58,340 nt of DNA from Clostridia bacterium (GTDB taxonomy: Bacteria > Bacillota > Clostridia > Oscillospirales > Acutalibacteraceae): positions 1 to 58,340 of the forward strand of contig JAUNFH010000001.1 of the NCBI GenBank assembly GCA_030525185.1, in the 5' to 3' direction. The translations under genes were made by a program, and so were the position numbers. The notes under the pieces were generated by a model that ran no database searches, had not been told where the DNA came from, and saw nothing but the letters and a program-made list of their open reading frames with translations. Every line of letters starts with the position of its first letter. Positions within the stretch are counted from its first letter, which is position 1. Below, piece after piece: positions 51,691 to 58,340 of this stretch.

Positions 51691-53331
51691 ATGAAAAAAT
51701 TCTTTAAAAAGTCACTTTCGGTTTTTCTTGCGCTTTGCATTGTTTTTTCGGTTTCCGCCGTTTCGTTTGCGGCGCATGAAAAAGGAAAAACGCCGGTTAT
51801 TCTCATTCCCGGCTTCGGACAAAGCGAAACGACCGTCTGCGACAACGACGGAAATTACCTCGGAGACATCAGCACGTTTTCGCTCGCCGGCCTTGAAACA
51901 AAAACGCTCGTCAAAAACGTAATCAAGGACCTTCTTGTTCCGCTCGGTGCCTCGGCAATCACGAGAAGCGACAAGGAGCTTTCCGCCGCAGTGAAAAAAT
52001 TCATGCACGAACTTTTCAAGCCCTTTGAGCTGAACGACGACGGAAGCGCGGTATACAACAAAAAAGTCCGCCGTTTTGAAAAGCCGTATTCGGAACTTTC
52101 CGAAGAAGAGCAGAAAATCATTTATTCAAACGTTTCCCTTGACGGACTGAGCGAATACGACAGCGTGAGATATTACTATACCTACGATTCCTTCGGAAGC
52201 GTGAAAGACGCCGCCGACGGACTTCACGATTACCTTCATAACATCGTTCTTGCCCAAACGAAAGCGGAAAAAGTCAATCTTGTTCCGATCAGCCAGGGCG
52301 GCGCGGTTCTCATTCAGTATCTTGCTTCATACCCGGAAGATTACAAGTACATTAAAAAAATCGTCAACATGATTCCGGCCTTTGACGGTTCACAAATTGT
52401 CGGCGATATTCTCACCGACAACGTGAGAATTTATGACGTTGAACGTCTTCACAGAGAGATTCTTCCCGCCATTCTTGACGGCGACCTTGCTTATGAACTC
52501 AGCATTGCGCTGAGACTTGCCCTTTCTTCCGAAACTCTTGAAAAGGTTCTCAGAACCGCCCTTGAGGAAGCGAAGGATATGCTCGCAAAGAAGAGCAGTA
52601 TGATGTGGGCGCTCTGTCCGTCCGGAAGCTACGAAGAAGCAAGGGACCTTCTTCTTTCCGACGAAAAGTACTCCGCCGTCCGCGCGGAGACGGAAGCTTT
52701 TTCAGAAGCGAGAAAAGCCCTTCCCGAAACGCTTCAAAAGCTCAAGGGAAGCGGCGTTTATATTCATATCATTGCAAGCTACGACATGGGATACTTCATG
52801 GCTCCGCTTTTCGGCTGCTATAAAGAAGACGCGGACAACCTTCTTTCCCCGTCATCTTCGGCACTCGGAACAGTTTCCGCCGCATTCGGCGAAACGCTCG
52901 GCGATTCTTACGTTTCACCCCGCACCTATTGCAAAAACGAAACTCACAACCACATTTCTCCGGACAACAAGCTTGACGCTTCAACCGGATTCTTCCCAGA
53001 AAACACATGGTACTTCAAGAGCGTTTCACACATGGGAATGAACGGCCGCGAAGACGTCAAGAACTTTGCCGCCGAACTTGTTATGGACGACGACGTTTTT
53101 GATATTTACTCCTTCCCCGGTCACACTCAATTCACCGATCCGAGAGACAACATTGCCGAAAGCGTCCTTTCTTCAAACGGAAAACGAATTTATCATTACG
53201 ATAAGGACGGAAACTATCTTTTCGGCGAAAGCGTTCCGACCGAAGAAAAAGGCTTTTCTTTCTGGAAAGTTCTTTACACCGCTTTCAACGTTGCTTTTTC
53301 CGTTCTTTCAAAGCTCGGCTTTTCAAAATAA
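51691..53331 (+). CDS. Secreted alpha/beta-fold hydrolase (lipase/LCAT-like), paralogue 2
   Basis: RBS AGAGGGAG. Signal peptide MKKFFKKSLSVFLALCIVFSVSAVSFA/AH. TPVILIPGFGQSET is followed by the elbow KVNLVPISQGGAVL, where Pro replaces the first Gly of GxSxG. The shared late block is THNHISPDNKLDASTGFFPENTWY. The tail is GFSFWKVLYTAFNVAFSVLSKLGFSK. Confidence 0.6.
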   Translation: MKKFFKKSLSVFLALCIVFSVSAVSFAAHEKGKTPVILIPGFGQSETTVCDNDGNYLGDISTFSLAGLETKTLVKNVIKDLLVPLGASAITRSDKELSAAVKKFMHELFKPFELNDDGSAVYNKKVRRFEKPYSELSEEEQKIIYSNVSLDGLSEYDSVRYYYTYDSFGSVKDAADGLHDYLHNIVLAQTKAEKVNLVPISQGGAVLIQYLASYPEDYKYIKKIVNMIPAFDGSQIVGDILTDNVRIYDVERLHREILPAILDGDLAYELSIALRLALSSETLEKVLRTALEEAKDMLAKKSSMMWALCPSGSYEEARDLLLSDEKYSAVRAETEAFSEARKALPETLQKLKGSGVYIHIIASYDMGYFMAPLFGCYKEDADNLLSPSSSALGTVSAAFGETLGDSYVSPRTYCKNETHNHISPDNKLDASTGFFPENTWYFKSVSHMGMNGREDVKNFAAELVMDDDVFDIYSFPGHTQFTDPRDNIAESVLSSNGKRIYHYDKDGNYLFGESVPTEEKGFSFWKVLYTAFNVAFSVLSKLGFSK

Positions 53332-53344
53332 GAATATTTCAATC

Positions 53345-53379
53345 GGCCGCCGTTTCATTCCGATTCGGCGGCATTTTTT
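53345..53379 (+). terminator. Rho-independent terminator
   Basis: GCCGCCG-tttcattccgatt-CGGCGGC followed by ATTTTTT. Confidence 0.75.
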
Positions 53380-53412
53380 AGCCGTCACCGCCGTTTTAAA
53401 TAAAACTTTTAC

Positions 53413-53441
53413 TTGATTATACCGCCGCTTTGTTGTATAAT
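53413..53441 (+). promoter_or_regulatory. Sigma-A promoter upstream of zapA
   Basis: TTGATT (53413-53418), a 17-nt spacer, then TATAAT (53436-53441). This predicts a GC-rich leader of ~110 nt. Confidence 0.6.
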
Positions 53442-53556
53442 AATAAATAATAGATTCCGGCGGACTAAAAGCGGTCTGTCGGCTTCGGCGGGAAGGTTTC
53501 CGCCGCGCGGTTTCGGTGCCTACGCCGTTTCCGCTTAATGAAAGGATGATGTCAAA

Positions 53557-53961
53557 ATGGTCAGGAACAAAGTTAAACTTATGATCGCCGGTGCCGAATA
53601 TGCAATTCTCACCGAAGACGATGTAAAATATGTTTCCGAACTCGGAAAAGAGGTTGACCTTGCAATTGCAAAAACGATGAAGGATAACCAGAGAATTTCA
53701 ACAACTCAGGCGGCTGTTCTCACAACGCTTCAGTATGCCGACGACTGCAAAAAAGCAACAATCTCCGCCGACAGACTCCGTGAGCAGATCAAGGATTACC
53801 TTGACGACGCTTCAAGTGCAAAAGCAAAGGCCGACCTTTCAAAGCACGAGGCCGAAAAAGCAAAGCGCGAGCTTGAAAACGCAAACCTTGAAATTGAACG
53901 TCTCAAAGCTCAGCTTTCCTCCGTCCTTGATCAGATCGGAAAAAAGAAGAATGAAAAATAA
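53557..53961 (+). CDS. zapA: Cell division protein ZapA
   Basis: VKLMIAGAEYAILTEDDVKYVSELGKEVDLAI...STTQAAVLTTLQYADD is followed by a C-terminal coiled coil, the ZapA pattern. Confidence 0.8.
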   Translation: MVRNKVKLMIAGAEYAILTEDDVKYVSELGKEVDLAIAKTMKDNQRISTTQAAVLTTLQYADDCKKATISADRLREQIKDYLDDASSAKAKADLSKHEAEKAKRELENANLEIERLKAQLSSVLDQIGKKKNEK

Positions 53962-56011
53962 GCCCGAAATTCTTGCTCCCGCCGGTTCTTTTGAATGCGT
54001 TCTCAGCGCCGTAAGAACCGGTGCGGACGCCGTGTATCTCGGAACAAAAAACTTCAATGCCCGCAAAGGCGCCGAAAACTTCGGCCGAGACGAGCTGAAA
54101 AAAACGATTGAATATTGCCGCGCAAGGGGTGTCAGAGTTCACATTGCTTTGAACACTCTCGTTTCCGATGAGGAATTTGACGCGGCTTTATCTGTTGTTA
54201 AGGAGGTTTCCTCCCTCGGTGCGGATGCGCTCATTTTGCAAGATCTCGGCCTTTCACGGTATGCAAAAATGTGCTCGCCCGACCTCGAACGCCACGCTTC
54301 AACCCAAATGTCCGTTCAAACGGCCGCCGGACTTGAGCTTCTCAAAGAGCTCGGTTTTTCGCGCGCCGTTCTTCCGAGAGAACTTTCAAAGAAAGAGATT
54401 GAAGACCTTCGCAATTCAACCGACCTTGAGCTTGAAGTTTTTGTTCACGGCGCACTTTGCATGTGCGTTTCGGGCCAATGTTACATGAGCGCAATGCTCG
54501 GCTCACGAAGCGGAAACCGCGGTCTTTGCGCCCAACCGTGCCGCCTCCCCTTTTCCGCTGCGGAACCCGGACGGCATGACCTCAGCCTCAAAGACCTTTC
54601 GCTCATTGACGAACTTCCGACCCTTTCGGAAATCGGAATCAACTCGTTTAAAATCGAAGGCCGAATGAAACGCCCGGAATATGTTGCCGCCGCGGTGACA
54701 AGCGCCAAGGAAACCCTTTCGGGTGAACTTCATTCCGAAACTCAGGAAAAGCTCAGTGCCGTTTTTTCACGTTCCGGCTTCACAAAAGGCTATTTTGAAA
54801 ACCGTCTCGGAAGCGAAATGTTCGGAACAAGACGAAGGGAGGACGTTGTTTCCGCCTCGTCAAAAGTTCTTTCCTCTCTCAAAAATCTTTATTCAAAAGA
54901 GACTCCGCGAGTCGGCGTAAGCCTTTTCCTCAGCGTGATTGAAAACGAGCCGATTTCGCTTTCCGCAAAAGCGAACGGAAAAACCGTTTTCCTTTCTTCG
55001 GAAACTTCGGCCGAAAAAGCGTTGAACAAACCGATTTCAAAGGAGCTTCTTTCCTCTTGGCTTTCAAAATGCGGCTCAACCCCGTTTTATCCCGAAGAAA
55101 TCGAAATCGAACTTGACGAAGGCGTGACAGTCTCCGCCGGAGCGATCAACAAACTCCGCCGCGAAGCCCTTGAACGATTGGAAAAGGAACTTTCGTCTGT
55201 AAAGTCAAAGCACTTTACAGATATAAATTTTAAACTCGTTCCCCACGTCGCAAAAGAGGCGAAAAAATTCCGTCTTGTCCTTTCAAAAGGCGACCAAATT
55301 CCGGAAAATCTCAGCGATGTTGAAAACATTTATTTTCCTCTCAATGTTGAGGAAAAGTATGTTGAAAGCGTTAAAAATAAAGGAATTACCCTTGGAATTG
55401 AGATTCCGCACGCCCTTTTCGGTGTTCAAAGTGAGGTTGAAAAGCTTCTTGAACGTGTAAAGTCCTTCGGCATTACCAATGCGCTTTGCCCGACTCTTGA
55501 CGCTGTTGCGCTTGCGCTCAGACACGGTTTCAACGTTGACGGAGGTTTTTCTTTGAACGTATTTAACAGCCGAAGTCTTGCCGTTTTTGAAGAGCTGAAT
55601 GTAAAGTCAGTCACCTTGTCACCCGAACTTACGCTCGGACAGATCGAAAAAATCGGCGGAAGCGTTCAAAGAGGTATCGTTGCTTACGGAAGACTGCCTT
55701 TAATGCTCGTGAGGAATTGTCCGATCAAGAACGTTAAGACCTGCGCCGAGTGCAAAGGAAAAAGTTTTCTCACCGACAGAATGGGAATCCGTTTTCCCGT
55801 CGCCTGCAAAGGATATTACCGTGAGATTCTCAATTCCCGCGCGATATACATGGGAGACAGGCTCGACGAAATCAAAAATACCGACTTTCTTCTTTTCCTT
55901 TTTACCCGTGAGAAACGTGAAAACGTTGACGCCGTTCTTGAAGCTTATCGCAAAGGGAAAAAGGCAAAAGGAGACTTCACGAGAGGACTTTATTACAGAG
56001 GAGTCGAGTGA
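53951..56011 (+). CDS. Peptidase U32 family protein
   Basis: ORF 53735..56011, with the start at ATG 53951 (MKNKPEILAPAGSFECVLSAVRTGADAVYLG), overlapping the zapA end by 11 nt. Motifs VHIALNTL, E.FVHGALCMCVSGQCYMS and SGNRGLCAQPCR are hallmark U32 motifs. Confidence 0.85.
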   Translation: MKNKPEILAPAGSFECVLSAVRTGADAVYLGTKNFNARKGAENFGRDELKKTIEYCRARGVRVHIALNTLVSDEEFDAALSVVKEVSSLGADALILQDLGLSRYAKMCSPDLERHASTQMSVQTAAGLELLKELGFSRAVLPRELSKKEIEDLRNSTDLELEVFVHGALCMCVSGQCYMSAMLGSRSGNRGLCAQPCRLPFSAAEPGRHDLSLKDLSLIDELPTLSEIGINSFKIEGRMKRPEYVAAAVTSAKETLSGELHSETQEKLSAVFSRSGFTKGYFENRLGSEMFGTRRREDVVSASSKVLSSLKNLYSKETPRVGVSLFLSVIENEPISLSAKANGKTVFLSSETSAEKALNKPISKELLSSWLSKCGSTPFYPEEIEIELDEGVTVSAGAINKLRREALERLEKELSSVKSKHFTDINFKLVPHVAKEAKKFRLVLSKGDQIPENLSDVENIYFPLNVEEKYVESVKNKGITLGIEIPHALFGVQSEVEKLLERVKSFGITNALCPTLDAVALALRHGFNVDGGFSLNVFNSRSLAVFEELNVKSVTLSPELTLGQIEKIGGSVQRGIVAYGRLPLMLVRNCPIKNVKTCAECKGKSFLTDRMGIRFPVACKGYYREILNSRAIYMGDRLDEIKNTDFLLFLFTREKRENVDAVLEAYRKGKKAKGDFTRGLYYRGVE

Positions 56012-56068
56012 AAAAATTTCACAGCATTTTTTTGCGTATACAATAAAAATTACCGGGAGTGAAAAACG

Positions 56069-56569
56069 ATGTCAGCAAAAAGAAAAGATTATCTTTCATG
56101 GGACGAATATTTTATGGGAATCGCAATCCTTTCGTCCTATCGCAGCAAAGATCCCAACACGCAGGTCGGAGCTTGCATTGTTAACGACAGAAACAAAATC
56201 ATGTCCGTCGGCTATAACGGATTTCCTATAGGTTGCAGCGACGACGAATTTCCGTGGGAAAGGGACGGCAACGCATACGACACAAAGTATCCTTATGTTT
56301 GCCACGCCGAACTCAACGCAATTCTCAACAACGCCGGAGCTTCGCTTGAAGGTTGCCGTGTTTATGTTGCGCTTTTTCCCTGCAACGAATGTGCAAAGGC
56401 AATCATTCAAAGCGGAATCAAAGAGGTTGTTTATCTTTCGGACAAGTACAACGGAACACCGATGAACCTTGCTTCAAAAAGAATGTTCAATGCCGCCGGA
56501 GTCAAGCTCACAAAACTCAATCCGGAAAAGAAACAGCTCGTCATTGACTTCAGAGAGGAAAACATCTGA
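56069..56569 (+). CDS. comEB: Deoxycytidylate (dCMP) deaminase
   Basis: [20 protein letters not shown], the zinc motifs CHAELNAI and PCNECAKAI, and VVYLSDKY. Confidence 0.85.
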   Translation: MSAKRKDYLSWDEYFMGIAILSSYRSKDPNTQVGACIVNDRNKIMSVGYNGFPIGCSDDEFPWERDGNAYDTKYPYVCHAELNAILNNAGASLEGCRVYVALFPCNECAKAIIQSGIKEVVYLSDKYNGTPMNLASKRMFNAAGVKLTKLNPEKKQLVIDFREENI

Positions 56570-56570
56570 C

Positions 56571-58097
56571 ATGAAAAAAAGCAACAAAAAGTTTCTTTCT
56601 CTTGTCCTTTCTCTTATGATTCTTTTTTCGGTTTCGGCCGTTGCTTTTGCGGCGGAGTACTCAATCTCGAATCCGTATGAGAACATTGACTGGAACACGG
56701 TGAAAACATACAAAACCGCCCTTCATTCGCACACAAACGCTTCCGACGGCGACCAAACGCTCACTCAGTCGATTGAACGCCACGCCGAAACGGGCTTTGA
56801 CATCATTGCGATAACCGACCACGGAACAACGGATTACGGTTGGACGAAGGACAACAAAACTGGAATTCACACTCTTTTGAAGCTTGCCGGAAGAACCGAA
56901 GGTGAAATTTCTCCGCTCGGTGAAAACGGAAGCTTTGAAAACGGAATGACATATTCATACCGCACGGCCGAAAACGGCGATGATTATCTCAAAATCGACG
57001 GAAAAAAAGACATTTTGAGAATCCCCTTCGGAATCGAAAACAACGCCGTTTCCGTCAATGCACACGTCAACAGCTGGTTCGTCGATTTTCGTGACAATTC
57101 GGTCACAACGTACAAAGACGCAATCGGAAAAGTTGACAATCTCGGCGGAGTTTCGGTAATCAACCACCCGGGCGAATACACAAAAGCACGCTACGAAGTC
57201 CGCTCGCAAAATGCGTACAGCGAAAGCAATTTTACTTACAGATATTACATCAACAAATTCGCCGCTCTTCTTGAAGAATATCCGACCTGTCTCGGAATCG
57301 ACATCAACTCCAAGGGTGACGCAAGAACGCGCTTTGACCGAATTCTTTGGGACAAACTTCTTTCAAGATTTTCAAAAAGCGGAAAAACGGTCTTTGCAAT
57401 CGCTTCAAGCGACGCCCATCAACTCGACAAAATCAACACCGGATACACACTCCTTCTGATGCCTTCGCTCGATTCAAAGAGCGCAAAAAAATCCCTTGAA
57501 AGCGGAGAATTTTTCGTCGCGAGCCATTGCATCGGAAATTACGATGAGCTTTTTGAAATCGAGAGCGCGCTCAAAGAGTTTTACGGCGAAGAAAACGAAA
57601 CCTTCAAAGCGGTTTCCGCCTCAAGAAAAGAAATTGAGGAACGCATTGAAGGCATTGAAAACGGAAAATACAAGGCAAAATCTTCAATAGGTTCCGTTTT
57701 CAGCGTTCTTGACGAGGACGGTTACCTCGCCGCAAAAACCGAACCTTCCGTCAAAAAAATTACCGTTGACGAAAAAACGGACACCGTTTCGGTAAAAACG
57801 GCGAACGCTTTAATTGTTCGCCTAATTTCGGACGGAAAGCTGATTGAAACGAAAAAAAGTTCCGAAGCCGACTTCGATCTCGGAGATTACGAAGGAAAAC
57901 TCGGAGATTACGTCCGGTTTGAAATTTTCGGTGAAGGCGGAATCATTTACACTCAGCCGTTTTTGCTGAATGCCGACGAAAAGGACAGTGAAAATTCCGC
58001 TGTTGACAAAGGCTTTTTCGACCTCGGTTTTTCTGACTTCCTTTTCGGAGAAATCAACCGCTGGGTTTCCGTTCTCGGAAGAATGTTGAAAAAATAA
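56571..58097 (+). CDS. Secreted PHP-domain (polymerase/histidinol-phosphatase-type) metal-dependent phosphoesterase
   Basis: ORF 56469..58097, with the start at ATG 56571, one nt after the comEB stop. Signal peptide MKKSNKKFLSLVLSLMILFSVSAVAFA/AE. The PHP motifs are ALHSHTNASDGD, IIAITDHG, NAHVN and INHPG. The aromatic C-terminal tail is GFFDLGFSDFLFGEINRWVSVLGRMLKK. Confidence 0.65.
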   Translation: MKKSNKKFLSLVLSLMILFSVSAVAFAAEYSISNPYENIDWNTVKTYKTALHSHTNASDGDQTLTQSIERHAETGFDIIAITDHGTTDYGWTKDNKTGIHTLLKLAGRTEGEISPLGENGSFENGMTYSYRTAENGDDYLKIDGKKDILRIPFGIENNAVSVNAHVNSWFVDFRDNSVTTYKDAIGKVDNLGGVSVINHPGEYTKARYEVRSQNAYSESNFTYRYYINKFAALLEEYPTCLGIDINSKGDARTRFDRILWDKLLSRFSKSGKTVFAIASSDAHQLDKINTGYTLLLMPSLDSKSAKKSLESGEFFVASHCIGNYDELFEIESALKEFYGEENETFKAVSASRKEIEERIEGIENGKYKAKSSIGSVFSVLDEDGYLAAKTEPSVKKITVDEKTDTVSVKTANALIVRLISDGKLIETKKSSEADFDLGDYEGKLGDYVRFEIFGEGGIIYTQPFLLNADEKDSENSAVDKGFFDLGFSDFLFGEINRWVSVLGRMLKK

Positions 58098-58154
58098 AAT
58101 TCTTCGTATTTTTTGAAAGTAGCTCTTCAGGTTATTTTTAACGGAACATTTTTC

Positions 58155-58203
58155 AAAAGTACCGCCTTTTGCTCTCAATCAGAGCTTTGGCGGTACTTTT
58201 TTT
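58155..58203. terminator. Rho-independent terminator (bidirectional geometry)
   Basis: AAAAGTACCGCC-...GCTCT-caatc-AGAGC...-GGCGGTACTTTTTTT. Confidence 0.8.
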
Positions 58204-58204
58204 G

Positions 58205-58340
58205 AGGTTGTCTCATTTTACCGCCCGCCGTGATTTATTCTCGGTCCACTCCTGTGAGGGCGGCCGGCGGCTTTTCCGACTGAGTGAGAGATTTCCTACA
58301 CTACGGCTTATTCTTTTGGTGTTGTTGCTTTAACCGCACG
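58205..58340. other. Unassigned GC-rich structured segment at the right window edge
   Basis: There is no long ORF in any frame: every minus-strand frame stops by 58303, and the plus strand has no SD-preceded start. The segment contains complementary blocks CCGCCCGCCG / GGGCGGCCGGCGG and CACTC / GAGTG with pseudoknot-like potential. Its identity is unknown. Confidence 0.3.

Noticed and set aside
58205-58340. Possible RNase P RNA, guanidine-I (ykkC) riboswitch, SRP RNA or group II intron 5' end at the right edge
   Set aside because: There are short resemblances: GTGCGGTTAAAGC versus the RNase P P12-like GGUGCGGUAAGAGC, and GGACCGAGA...CACGGCGGG versus the ykkC core. But the essential conserved elements are missing, namely ACAGAA-N3-GGCUUA for RNase P, GCCCGGGAGA for ykkC, and GGAAGCAGC for SRP RNA. 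There is no room for a full-length molecule, and no downstream gene on the relevant strand. I kept it only as an unassigned element.
1-58340. CRISPR arrays, transposases/IS elements, restriction-modification or other canonical defence systems
   Set aside because: I scanned the intergenic regions and ORF translations. I found no regularly spaced direct repeats, no DDE, serine or tyrosine recombinase motifs, and no methyltransferase or nuclease signatures. The only tandem repeat is the in-frame 123-bp unit within the LRR gene.

Overview
This looks like a chromosomal segment from a spore-forming Firmicutes/Clostridia organism. spoIIE is present, GGAGG-type RBSs are common, and TTG/GTG starts are frequent. 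All family calls come from motif recognition by eye; no searches were run. The content is mostly housekeeping:
- a complete rimP-nusA-ylxR-ylxQ-infB-rbfA-nrnA-truB-ribF operon on the minus strand, extended by a HAD hydrolase and a zinc-ribbon membrane protein
- a DnaD/DnaB-like plus DnaI/DnaC-like helicase-loader pair, followed by tRNA-Thr(CGT)
- an ABC-2 polysaccharide/teichoic-acid exporter pair
- an [FeFe]-hydrogenase with a GltD/NuoF-like flavoprotein partner
- a GlpA-like / FAD-oxidoreductase / DUF1667 trio followed by an MFS transporter
- fucO, pdxK, zapA, a U32 peptidase, a dCMP deaminase, two MATE transporters, a GH3 glycosidase and an esterase

I saw no CRISPR array, transposase, integrase or recognisable defence genes.

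The most unusual signals are:
1. Five unrelated Sec-signal proteins (an InlB-repeat protein, a BspA-type LRR protein, two paralogous lipase-like hydrolases and a PHP phosphoesterase) all end in a similar aromatic amphipathic KGF/FWK-type C-terminal tail.
2. An unannotated 35-aa gene next to spoIIE, with its own promoter, RBS and terminator, encodes a peptide resembling those tails.
3. A MATE transporter is fused to a cytidylate-kinase-like domain.
4. An unexplained GC-rich structured element sits at the right edge.

An edge-truncated sugar-transferase gene at the left end is missing from the ORF track.
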